Shown here one piece after another: positions 9,866-19,069 of a stretch of 64,000 bases of DNA. Position 1 is the stretch's first letter. Every line of letters starts with the position of its first letter. This stretch comes from Bdellovibrionales bacterium (GTDB taxonomy: Bacteria > Bdellovibrionota > Bdellovibrionia > Bdellovibrionales > UBA1609). The notes below the pieces were generated by a model. The model was not told the origin of the DNA and did not search any database. It saw only the letters and a list, made by a program, of their open reading frames with translations. The translations under genes were made by a program, and so were the position numbers. The stretch is from NCBI GenBank assembly GCA_027317865.1, contig DAHVQG010000004.1, positions 128,001 to 192,000 of the forward strand. The letters run 5' to 3'.

Positions 9866-12385
9866 TCATTCGATACTTTGCCAATTTTCGCGCGGCGACG
9901 GTTTTCGATCGATTTTGACAGGAATGGTGCTGGTCAGCCAAACGGGGCCTACGACGCTATTTTTTCGGGTTTGGCGCGTGTTATGATAGATCTCTGAATA
10001 TAAGATGTAGTTGCGTACGACTTTTTTGACATATTCTCGCGTCTCGACAAACGGAATATGCTCGACAAATTCATCCATATCGAGATTGCCGAACGAGTGT
10101 AGCCACGAATACACGCGCTGTGGCCCTGCATTGTAAGCGGCAGCGACAAGCGGCACGTATCCGTCAAACTGCTTTAAAAGTCGCGCCAAATAGCGCGTAC
10201 CAAGCTCAATGTTATTTTGCGGTTCGATAAGCTGTGCCGCGCTGATCGGCGGATGATGCATTAACTTTTCTAGTTGTTCGGCGGTATAAGGCATCAATTG
10301 AACAAGCCCGCGGGCGCCAACGGCTGAAATCGCATTCGGATTAAATCGGCTTTCGGCCCGCATAATCGCCCATACCATCTGCTCCGGCACTCCAAACCTT
10401 TTGCAATTCTTTTTCACGAATTTCGCATAGGCTCTTGGAAAGGCAAACTGCCAAATGCCCCGTGCCCCGCTCAATCCGCCAACTTGCCGTTCATGTTCAA
10501 AAATACCGTCTTGCGCTATATCAACGGCGCGACCATACGAACCCGCTTCTACATAAGCCGCCATTAGCATATGTAAATATGTTTTATTTCGCGTCCGCCG
10601 TTCGATATCAAACAGTTCGCCATTGGCCCAATCAGATAAACCAAGTTTCATCAGTTCGCTGGCACGTGTAAAACGAAGCCGCAATTTCGGGTCTTTAAAG
10701 GTGCTCACTTGGATGGGCTCACCATTTATATCGACATTGTCGCCGCTGCCGCTCCCATCATTTTCCGAGTTCGCACTGCCATTTGCGTTGGTATCGTCAC
10801 TATCGTCTAACCCTGCTCCCGGCGATAAATCGGGATCATCAGGTGAACTGTTTGCAGCAACTGTTGCCGTCGGGTCACCGGTAATATTCGTTTGCGGCGT
10901 CGGCGCGGATTGCGCTCCTGCAGGTGATTGAGGGGTTTGGGCCAATATTTGTTTGGCCGAAGGCTTCTGCCCGGCAATTTGTGATAAACGTTTTTTGGCT
11001 AGAAAGCTATAGTAGGTCAGACCTGGCTCTTTAGCTAATTGTGAAAATAAAGTGCGGGCTTGGCGGTATTTTTTCTGCCGAAAAAATGACATGGCCAGCC
11101 AGTACCGCGTCCGTTCGTCGCGATACGGATAGCGCACCCACCAATGTTTACGGTGATGCCACCAACTCCAGTAAACAATGCGCTTTTGATAAAGCGCGCG
11201 AAAGGCGTCCTCGGCGCTTTTGTAATGGCCTTTTAAATAATCGATCCATGCCAGCTGCCAGCGCGCTTGTTGGGCGAAATAGGAACCAGGTTCGTGTCGA
11301 ATTATGCTCATGAACCGTTGATCAGCGCCATCATAATCTTGAATTTGGTAGCTCAAATAGGCGGCGCTAAAGTCAGCCCACCGCCCCTCGCTTGAATAGG
11401 GACTGAGCCGGTATGCTTTATCAAATGCCCCGATGGCCGACTGAAATTCGTCGGCTTGTGCCGCGACTCTGCCCAATTGTTCTTGATATTTTAAATTATA
11501 TTTCTTTTGCGCGTAATACTTCACAAGAATTTGGAGCGCTTCGTAGGGATATCCCTGCATTTCATAATACTGAACTAAAAGCATATTGGCCCGTATTTTA
11601 GCTTGCGGGCTGCCAGTTGCATCCGCTTCGGCACGCAATTTGTCTATTTCGCGCTTCGCTTTGTCAGCATGGCCCGCAAGTTGCAGCCGCTCCATCCGCG
11701 TCTCGATGTCTCGTTGCGACGGCGGACAACCGACTTTCATATTGTCCAACTTGTCTTCAACAAGATCGACCCCCCAAGATGCAATTTGCGGATGGGCGGG
11801 GAATCGCGCATACAATTCGCGCGCCCATCGGCATGCGAAATATCGTCGATTCTCTTTTAGTTCCACCTTTAAGAGCGTCACTAATATGTCCGGATATTTT
11901 GGAGAAAATCGCGACCGCCACTGTAAGAACCGCAGATTGTAAAGCGCCGGGCGGAACTGTCCTAATTTAAGCTCAAGTTTACTCATAGAAAAGCGCGCTT
12001 CAATACTGACGTTGCGATTCGGTTTTTCATTCAATGTATTTTGCAAGTCTTCAAGAGCCGCTTGCATATTTTTGCGGCTCTTTGCTTTGCCGTCGTGATC
12101 TTCCGCCTCGGCCATCTTCTCATATATTTCAGCGGACAAAATCGAGCCGCCTTTCAAAGCCGTGTTAAAATCGGTTTTGGCGGCGGCCCAATTCTTGGCC
12201 TTTAATGCTTTTAAACCCAGCGCAAAATTTTGAACGGATTTGTTTTGGACTGATTTATTTTGGGCCCTTTGCTGTTGAAGCGTTTTACTCGGCGCTTGTT
12301 TTGGATTCGCATAGGCCGACGCCGCCGCAATTAAGAGTAGTGACCACAGCAAAACAATAGGTTGCTTAAACGGCGCGAAACGCAT
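9866..12385 (-). CDS. Soluble lytic murein transglycosylase with TPR region (Slt family)
   Basis: SLT motifs AIMRAES, GARGLVQLMP, AAYNAGP, ETREYVKKV; signal peptide; SD GGAGG before ATG 12385. Confidence 0.9.
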   Translation of the reverse strand: MRFAPFKQPIVLLWSLLLIAAASAYANPKQAPSKTLQQQRAQNKSVQNKSVQNFALGLKALKAKNWAAAKTDFNTALKGGSILSAEIYEKMAEAEDHDGKAKSRKNMQAALEDLQNTLNEKPNRNVSIEARFSMSKLELKLGQFRPALYNLRFLQWRSRFSPKYPDILVTLLKVELKENRRYFACRWARELYARFPAHPQIASWGVDLVEDKLDNMKVGCPPSQRDIETRMERLQLAGHADKAKREIDKLRAEADATGSPQAKIRANMLLVQYYEMQGYPYEALQILVKYYAQKKYNLKYQEQLGRVAAQADEFQSAIGAFDKAYRLSPYSSEGRWADFSAAYLSYQIQDYDGADQRFMSIIRHEPGSYFAQQARWQLAWIDYLKGHYKSAEDAFRALYQKRIVYWSWWHHRKHWWVRYPYRDERTRYWLAMSFFRQKKYRQARTLFSQLAKEPGLTYYSFLAKKRLSQIAGQKPSAKQILAQTPQSPAGAQSAPTPQTNITGDPTATVAANSSPDDPDLSPGAGLDDSDDTNANGSANSENDGSGSGDNVDINGEPIQVSTFKDPKLRLRFTRASELMKLGLSDWANGELFDIERRTRNKTYLHMLMAAYVEAGSYGRAVDIAQDGIFEHERQVGGLSGARGIWQFAFPRAYAKFVKKNCKRFGVPEQMVWAIMRAESRFNPNAISAVGARGLVQLMPYTAEQLEKLMHHPPISAAQLIEPQNNIELGTRYLARLLKQFDGYVPLVAAAYNAGPQRVYSWLHSFGNLDMDEFVEHIPFVETREYVKKVVRNYILYSEIYHNTRQTRKNSVVGPVWLTSTIPVKIDRKPSPRENWQSIE

Positions 12386-12457
12386 GGGCAAATCGCCTCC
12401 CTTACGGTATGCGCAATAGGTAAAAAAAAATTTTAGGCGATGTGGGGCCATTAAACA

Positions 12458-13852
12458 ATGAAAACAAAGTCCATTTTTGTGTGTCAAAATTGCGGCGCCG
12501 AACGGCCCAAGTGGGAGGGTCAATGTCGCGACTGCGGCGCATGGAATTCATTAGTCGAAGAAACTGTCACAAATGCTCCCAAAGGAGCGAGATCGTGGTC
12601 CGTTGGTTCGTCTGCTGGCAATACTTCAGACACCCGCATCGCCGCTTTGCAGCTGGACTCCGTCATTGAAATTAAAGACTCCCGACGATGGTCAACCGGC
12701 ATGAAAGAACTGGACCGTGTTTTAGGGAGCGGACTCGTACCCGGAAGTTATGTGTTACTCGGCGGCGATCCAGGAATTGGCAAAAGCACGCTGCTTATGC
12801 AAATGGCCGGACAATTGGCGCGCGAAGACCGGCGTGTTTTGTACGTTTCGGGCGAAGAAAGTGTGGAGCAAACCGCGCTGCGCGCGCAACGCCTGGGAGT
12901 TCGCACTGCGCAGGTTAAAGTTGCGAGCGAAAGCCGTTTAACTAATATTTTGAATTTGGTGGACAAAGAAAAACCGAACGTGTTGATTGTCGATTCGATT
13001 CAAACGATTTATGTGGAAGAAATTCCATCGGCGCCTGGTACAGTCTCACAAGTGCGCGAATGCGCAGGCCGTTTAATGGCTGTGGCGAAAAGTCAAAACG
13101 TTGCGGTTTTTTTGGTCGGACACATCACAAAAGACGGCTCAATCGCCGGCCCGAAAACCCTCGAACATATGGTCGATACGGTTCTGTCTTTTGAGGGCGA
13201 TGCAAACTATCAATACCGGCTTTTGCGCGCGCAAAAAAATCGTTTTGGCCCGACAAATGAGCTTGGCGTTTTTCAAATGGCAAGCGAAGGACTTATCGAA
13301 GTTGAAAATCCCTCCGAAATGTTTTTGGCCGAACGTGGTAAAAGTCTAATCGGCTCAACTGTTTTTGCGGCAATCGAAGGTTCGAGACCTCTTCTGTGCG
13401 AAGTGCAAGCTCTCACCTCTTCAACTTACATGGCGACCCCACGGCGGACAGCGATCGGTGTCGACGTCAACCGCGTTCACCTGCTTGCCGCCGTACTTGA
13501 TAAACACCTCGACCGCGATTTTTCTCGTAACGACGTATTCGTCAACGTCGTAGGAGGGCTACGACTCACTGAACCGGCCGCAGACCTCGCGATTGCCGCG
13601 GCGATGCTTTCAACGTTAGGTTCAAAGCCACTCCCCGCGAATACGGCGCTATTTGGAGAAATCGGCCTGACCGGCGAAGTGCGGGCCGTCACCTTCGCTG
13701 CCGAACGTTTGCGCGAAGCCGAAAAATTGGGTTTTCAATCGGTGATTCTGCCGAAAAACTGCGAGCGCTTAATTAAAGCAAATCACGCAAAAACGCTCAC
13801 AACTAAAATGAATTTACGTTTTATCCGGCACGTGGACGAGCTAGTGAATTAA
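12458..13852 (+). CDS. radA: DNA repair protein RadA/Sms
   Basis: C4 zinc finger, GGDPGIGKST, KNRFG, Lon-like C-terminus. Confidence 0.97.
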   Translation: MKTKSIFVCQNCGAERPKWEGQCRDCGAWNSLVEETVTNAPKGARSWSVGSSAGNTSDTRIAALQLDSVIEIKDSRRWSTGMKELDRVLGSGLVPGSYVLLGGDPGIGKSTLLMQMAGQLAREDRRVLYVSGEESVEQTALRAQRLGVRTAQVKVASESRLTNILNLVDKEKPNVLIVDSIQTIYVEEIPSAPGTVSQVRECAGRLMAVAKSQNVAVFLVGHITKDGSIAGPKTLEHMVDTVLSFEGDANYQYRLLRAQKNRFGPTNELGVFQMASEGLIEVENPSEMFLAERGKSLIGSTVFAAIEGSRPLLCEVQALTSSTYMATPRRTAIGVDVNRVHLLAAVLDKHLDRDFSRNDVFVNVVGGLRLTEPAADLAIAAAMLSTLGSKPLPANTALFGEIGLTGEVRAVTFAAERLREAEKLGFQSVILPKNCERLIKANHAKTLTTKMNLRFIRHVDELVN

Positions 13853-14066
13853 TACGCCACCTCGAATTCAAGCCAAGCTCACGATAAGGCCCTAATTCCG
13901 CATATAAGAAAATGTTTGAGCATTGTGGCCGAATCACGAAAAAATTTCTCGAAAGCAAAAACCTGCGGCACAATTTATTGTTTAACAGTAGCCACCTATA
14001 GATTGTTTATGCCATAAATCTGTTCGGGTTACCATATTGCCAATACGGTGTTGGCTATGGTTTTGG

Positions 14067-14101
14067 GGTCGACGTTTCGCGAGCGTTCGGCCTTTTTTTT
14101 T
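14067..14101 (+). terminator. Probable intrinsic terminator
   Basis: GGTCGA...TCGGCC hairpin followed by T9. Confidence 0.6.
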
Positions 14102-14128
14102 GGGGAGTTGGGGCCGCGCCGGCAGCAG

Positions 14129-15628
14129 TTACAAGGCCCCACGCGCCCGATCAATTGCGCGGTGCCATTGATCAACTCGCTTTGCCTGCTCTTTTTTCAA
14201 CATTTTCGGTTCAAAACGCTGATCGAGATGCCATGCTGATTTTAAATCGTTTTTGTTCTTCCACAAACCAACGCCGAGGCCCGCAAGAAAGGCGGCGCCA
14301 ATAGCTGTCGTTTCGATCATGCGCGGCCGTTCAATCGCCTGCCCCAAATAATCGGCTTGCAACTGCATCAATAAATTATTGGCGGTCGCCCCGCCATCGA
14401 CTCGCAATGAGCGCAGTTTGTGACCTAAATCTTTTTGCATCGCACGCAAAATGTCGAGGTTTTGCATGGCCATGGCGTCGAGAGTGGCCCGCGCAAGATG
14501 AGCGCTCGTCGAACCGCGCGTAAGACCAGTAATAATTCCTCGCGCTTCGGGGTCCCAATATGGAGCACCGAGCCCCGTGAGAGCCGGTACAAAATCCACC
14601 CCAGCCGAATCCGAAACTTGGCGCGCAAGATCTTCGATTTCCGAGCTGCGGGTGATGAGTTTTAATCCGTCGCGTAGCCATTGTACGGCGGCTCCGCAGA
14701 TAAACGCCCCACCCTCAAGCGCATAAGTCATTTTTGTTTCGCCTTGCAGACGCCAAGCGATCGTCGTGAGAATGCCCGACTTCGACGCGACTCGTTTCGC
14801 GCCGGTATTCATGAGCAAAAAACTGCCTGTTCCAAACGTGCATTTCGCGTCGCCGCTGCCAAAACAAGTCTGGCCAAAAAGCGCCGCCTGTTGATCTCCA
14901 GCCATTCCCGCGATCGGAATGCCGTCAGGTAAACCGGGGACCGATTTGGTTTTGGCAATCTCGCCGGATGAATTCACAATTTCAGGTAGCAACGCACGCG
15001 GCACGCCGCCAAAAAGTTTCAAAAGTTCGTCGTCCCATTCACCGGTTTCAATATTCATGAGTTGCGTGCGAGACGCATTTGAAACATCGGTTACGTGTTT
15101 TTTGCCGCCTGACAAACGCCAAACCAAAAACGAATCGATCGTGCCGGCGGCAAGCTCGCCTCGTCGTGCACGCGCCTCTGCACCATCGACGTTTTTAAGA
15201 AGCCAACGGATTTTACTCGCAGAAAAATACGGATCGATGACGAGACCTGTTTTTTTCGCGATTTTTTTAGCTTGACCGGCCTTTTTTAGCTTTTCACAAA
15301 AATCAGTGGTGCGCCGGCATTGCCAAACAATGGCATTATGAACCGGTCGGTTCGTTTCACGACTCCATATCGTTACTGTTTCGCGCTGATTGGTAATACC
15401 GATCGCGGCAATATCATGCGGATTGACCCCCGCTTTCGCTATAACGAGACCGATCGTCTCAGTAACAGATTGCCAAATGTCTTCGGGATCGTGTTCAACC
15501 CACCCCGGCTTTGGAAATATCTGCGGAAACTCTTTATTCACCTTGGCGACCGCAAAACCACCGTGATCGATTAACATCGACGTCGTGCCGGTTGTACCTT
15601 GGTCGATCGCTAGGATATATTGGGACAT
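14129..15628 (-). CDS. glpK: Glycerol kinase
   Basis: AIDQGTTGT, GITNQRET, TDVSNASRT, GDQQAALFGQ, VDGG. Confidence 0.97.
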   Translation of the reverse strand: MSQYILAIDQGTTGTTSMLIDHGGFAVAKVNKEFPQIFPKPGWVEHDPEDIWQSVTETIGLVIAKAGVNPHDIAAIGITNQRETVTIWSRETNRPVHNAIVWQCRRTTDFCEKLKKAGQAKKIAKKTGLVIDPYFSASKIRWLLKNVDGAEARARRGELAAGTIDSFLVWRLSGGKKHVTDVSNASRTQLMNIETGEWDDELLKLFGGVPRALLPEIVNSSGEIAKTKSVPGLPDGIPIAGMAGDQQAALFGQTCFGSGDAKCTFGTGSFLLMNTGAKRVASKSGILTTIAWRLQGETKMTYALEGGAFICGAAVQWLRDGLKLITRSSEIEDLARQVSDSAGVDFVPALTGLGAPYWDPEARGIITGLTRGSTSAHLARATLDAMAMQNLDILRAMQKDLGHKLRSLRVDGGATANNLLMQLQADYLGQAIERPRMIETTAIGAAFLAGLGVGLWKNKNDLKSAWHLDQRFEPKMLKKEQAKRVDQWHRAIDRARGAL

Positions 15629-15629
15629 A

Positions 15630-16352
15630 ATGGACTCCGTTGAAAAACTCGTATTTCAAAAAATGCCGCGCTTTCTACTCGAAATTATGCGGAAATACTT
15701 TCGCGTGCAAGTAGAGGGGCTAGAGCATTTGCCCCGAACGGGTCCGTTCATCGTCGCGCCCAACCATTCTGGTTTTTCGGGTCTCGATGCCATGATTTTG
15801 ATGCACGAAATTCACCGCTCGACGGGGCGACTCCCGAAAGTTCTCGCGCACCGCTTTTGGTTTCTGACCAAAGCGACGGCCGTGCCGGCTAAGCGGCTCG
15901 GTTTCGTTCAAGCTTCGATGTCGAACGGCGTTCGGGAACTTAAGAAAAATCATATCATCATCATCTTCCCCGAAGGCGAACAAGGCAACTTCAAACCGAC
16001 CAGCCGAGCCTATCAACTCCAAGAGTTTAAACGCGGCTTTGTGCGTATGGCCGTACAAACCGGCGCACCAATTATTCCAACTATGATCATTGGTGCCGAA
16101 GAAACGAGCATTAACCTGGATCAGCTCAAACTACCGCGAGTTTTAAAAGGAGCTATATTGCCGCTCCCGCTCAACTTGCTGCCGCTCCCCGCAAAATGGA
16201 AGATTAAATTTTTGCCGCCAATTGTACTACCCTACAAGGTAGAATCGGCACGCGACAATGATCTCATGCACGAGATCGCCGAAGATATTCAGGACCAAGT
16301 ACAAGACCACCTGCGCGCCGAGGTGCGCGCGCGCAAGTCTATTTTTCGATGA
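15630..16352 (+). CDS. Lysophospholipid acyltransferase (PlsC-like)
   Basis: APNHSG...D and IFPEG acyltransferase motifs; start moved to ATG 15630. Confidence 0.85.
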   Translation: MDSVEKLVFQKMPRFLLEIMRKYFRVQVEGLEHLPRTGPFIVAPNHSGFSGLDAMILMHEIHRSTGRLPKVLAHRFWFLTKATAVPAKRLGFVQASMSNGVRELKKNHIIIIFPEGEQGNFKPTSRAYQLQEFKRGFVRMAVQTGAPIIPTMIIGAEETSINLDQLKLPRVLKGAILPLPLNLLPLPAKWKIKFLPPIVLPYKVESARDNDLMHEIAEDIQDQVQDHLRAEVRARKSIFR

Positions 16353-16360
16353 CGGCAAGC

Positions 16361-18148
16361 TCATTTTTGACAGTTGAAGGTGTCCAGCGTATATGCGCCA
16401 TCCGAAGTTGGAAAACCTATGGCACCCTGATCCCAATAATATCGGCCGCTAAATTTTTGTAATTTTTGACTTCGATTAAAAGTTACATAATAGAATCTTC
16501 CATCTTTAGGTAATTTGACAACCGATCCATCGACCGCTTCAAATTTTTGGCCGTCACCCTTAAAAGTAGCGGCGGCAACTGTCCCAGATTTGTAAAACCA
16601 AGTTTGCAAGTTCACTTTGGCCGTTTTACCGCCCCCCGCGCTGAAGCACGCAATCGTTTGCGGAGAGATTTTTTTGCCATTGATAGTGACGGTCTGGCCC
16701 GGAGCTAAATATCCGATTCTGACACTTCCGTTCGGATAAAAGGACATGCGTCGAACTGGACTATGATTGATCCAAAAGCTATTATGTTGTGGAAAATTTG
16801 TCGTAAATTTCAGCCTTTGATTGCCGACTAGAAAAGTGCCGTCGGCAGCAAGAAAACCGCGCTTAATCGAGCTATTTTTATATAAACTAATATTGCCTAT
16901 AAAACTTCGATAACCGTTTCGGGTAGCAACCACAGCCGGCTTTTGCAAATCTAGATAACGGATTGTGCCGTCGGGATAGTATTCTATTTTCCCCTCATCA
17001 GGTACAGCAAACGACGCTCCGAAAGCGTGGATAGTTTGCGCCCCATCTAAAGTGACTGACTCAATTTGCCCATTCGGATAAACCATTACCGGGTCGCCGC
17101 TTGGGTTTCCTAGCCAAACATTTAAACCCGCGATCTTAGCCTTGTAACGTTGCGATAAGTATAATTCCAGTCCCGGCGGATAGGTTACGCTCCCGCGGGT
17201 TCCGCGGTATCCACTATCATATGCCTGTTTGGGATCATCGTCGTACACTGCCGATTTAACATGCTCAATGGTTTGCCCACTCCGTAGCGCAAAAGTCGGT
17301 AAAGCTATCTCACTAGGTGAAATATATGTTCTTCCATTGTTATAAACGTTTGGATCAGGAACCGTATATTCTGAATAGATAAGAGTTTTTGAATTATCGA
17401 GGCGCACTCTAAATTTTTGCCCAATACACCACGCAAGTCCCTTGGCCTTAACTGAAAACTTACAAACTCTGGGGCTTGGTACTTCTAAACCAGTTGCTTG
17501 AAGTGCCCTCACGTATTCGGCGGGGGTCATATTTTGCATGGCCGCCGAGCTGATGACAAAATTATAGTAGCGAGACCCATCAGATGATTGTTTGCCAATG
17601 CTCATAGCATACCGATAAATTACTTCATGCAATATGATGCCAGCCCGCGTGTGATTGGGCGCGTGAGCCCACACATCTTCGTTAACGAGATACCTTTTTT
17701 CGAGCGGCATGGGATTTCGAATTTGATAAACGAATTGCTCAAGCGAACATCCAGCCGGCGGATTGATCGCTTCATGATGATCCGTCGCAATAGTTTTAAT
17801 CATGGCTCTTGGCAGAAATTGAGCTTCACTCATAAAATGATTTGCGCCATTACTGATCCACTTTGCCGCCACAGGGTCAATTTTGGCGAGTCTTCGAAGC
17901 ACATAATGAACTTGGGTCATATAACCAACGTTATCGGGGAGCATCGCAAGAGGTAATCCCGTCAACGTTTCACCCTCAACATAATCAAGAAGTTCAACCG
18001 ATCTACCGGTATGGCAAACAAATGCGTCACCTCCACCACCTTCTTTGCCTGCGACGGCACCGCTCGCAAATGCCCGCGAGGCGATCAGAGCGCTCGTTGC
18101 AATGATCGCAAGTCCACTAAATAAGAAGCTATTTTTTATAACGCTCAT
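16361..18148 (-). CDS. Secreted protein with GGGGD N-terminal motif, HExxY motif and C-terminal Y-P-N/D-G repeats
   Basis: 595-aa ORF with signal peptide (..RAFA), KEGGGGD, LHEVIY and about 6 repeats; SD GGAGG. Confidence 0.8.
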   Translation of the reverse strand: MSVIKNSFLFSGLAIIATSALIASRAFASGAVAGKEGGGGDAFVCHTGRSVELLDYVEGETLTGLPLAMLPDNVGYMTQVHYVLRRLAKIDPVAAKWISNGANHFMSEAQFLPRAMIKTIATDHHEAINPPAGCSLEQFVYQIRNPMPLEKRYLVNEDVWAHAPNHTRAGIILHEVIYRYAMSIGKQSSDGSRYYNFVISSAAMQNMTPAEYVRALQATGLEVPSPRVCKFSVKAKGLAWCIGQKFRVRLDNSKTLIYSEYTVPDPNVYNNGRTYISPSEIALPTFALRSGQTIEHVKSAVYDDDPKQAYDSGYRGTRGSVTYPPGLELYLSQRYKAKIAGLNVWLGNPSGDPVMVYPNGQIESVTLDGAQTIHAFGASFAVPDEGKIEYYPDGTIRYLDLQKPAVVATRNGYRSFIGNISLYKNSSIKRGFLAADGTFLVGNQRLKFTTNFPQHNSFWINHSPVRRMSFYPNGSVRIGYLAPGQTVTINGKKISPQTIACFSAGGGKTAKVNLQTWFYKSGTVAAATFKGDGQKFEAVDGSVVKLPKDGRFYYVTFNRSQKLQKFSGRYYWDQGAIGFPTSDGAYTLDTFNCQK

Positions 18149-18149
18149 C

Positions 18150-18914
18150 TTAGTTCTCCTCCCTTGTCACGGGATAAAGTGAAATGGCCAAATTATAAAC
18201 TTGGGTTGGATTTTTATTTTTCTCTAAAAAGTGGCAAAGTTCGCGGCGAAATTTTTTAATTTTATCTATCGCTTGCGGTAAATCTTCTGGATGTGCCGCC
18301 ATGGTGATGGAGGTATGGTTACGAATATCAATGGGTAGTTCTTCAAGGGCGCGAATCGACATTTCAAGAATTTGCTTCTGAAGTTTCTTTGAGGCGCCAC
18401 TTGTGAGGTTGTCTGAAATATTGGTGGCAAGACCGGCGGCAGTTGTATCGCGCCACCGACCTCGCTTATCAATTTCAAGAAAACCGACTCGCATCAACCG
18501 GTCTATTGCAATCTGCGTTTCGGTCGGACTGATCCCGAGCGTTTTTGCGATACGGGCAATATTAGCCTTAAAACCCTTTGTTTTGATCAATTCAAGAATG
18601 GCATAGTGGTACCAATCCGAAATGATCGCATAAGTGTCGAGTGTAATTTGTTGAAATTCGTGGTGGTCAGAACCGTCACTCGGCCGACCGCTATGTTTAT
18701 TTTGAAACTTCTGTATTTTATCAAGCGACAAGCCCAGCGCGAGGCCCAAGCGTTCGCACATTTTAACCGTGAGCGGTCTTTTACCGCGTAAAATGCTCGA
18801 AAGCGGTGAGGCTTCGACGCCTAACGATCGAGCATAAGCCCGAAGTGAATACTTCGGGTTCTTACGACAGCGCTCAACAAAAGTCTCTTGAAGGAGGTCA
18901 CGAAAGGTTTGCAT
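18150..18914 (-). CDS. TIGR02147/DUF4423-family protein with N-terminal XRE-like HTH
   Basis: KNPKYSLRAYARSLG..LSSILRGKR HTH; ISDWYHYAILEL; C-terminal VYNLAISLYPVT. Confidence 0.88.
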   Translation of the reverse strand: MQTFRDLLQETFVERCRKNPKYSLRAYARSLGVEASPLSSILRGKRPLTVKMCERLGLALGLSLDKIQKFQNKHSGRPSDGSDHHEFQQITLDTYAIISDWYHYAILELIKTKGFKANIARIAKTLGISPTETQIAIDRLMRVGFLEIDKRGRWRDTTAAGLATNISDNLTSGASKKLQKQILEMSIRALEELPIDIRNHTSITMAAHPEDLPQAIDKIKKFRRELCHFLEKNKNPTQVYNLAISLYPVTREEN

Positions 18915-18950
18915 GGAGCGAACAGTACTACAGTTACTAAAATCTCCATA

Positions 18951-19001
18951 AATAATTTGTCACAAACTGTGACAAATTATTGTCACGGGTAAAATGTTCA
19001 A
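18951..19001 (-). promoter_or_regulatory. Nested palindromic operator candidate over a sigma70-like promoter
   Basis: AATAATTTGTCACA-AAC-TGTGACAAATTATT (18951-18981) and GTGACAA-ATTA-TTGTCAC (18969-18986); minus strand TTGAAC-N16-TAATTT. Confidence 0.65.
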
Positions 19002-19069
19002 GGTGGGCAGACGGATTCCGGCCAAGTTCGGCACATGAAGGCGGTACCTAATCGCGGTGAGGAGCAAAT

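Noticed and set aside
12386-12523. 46-aa extension of the Slt ORF overlapping radA
   Set aside because: The signal peptide and SD GGAGG point to ATG 12385
14048-14239. 63-aa ORF in the radA-glpK gap
   Set aside because: It runs through a terminator and antisense into glpK, with no SD or recognisable motif
18821-18949. Out-of-frame 42-codon ORF overlapping the DUF4423 start
   Set aside because: No SD or recognisable features; chance is sufficient to explain it
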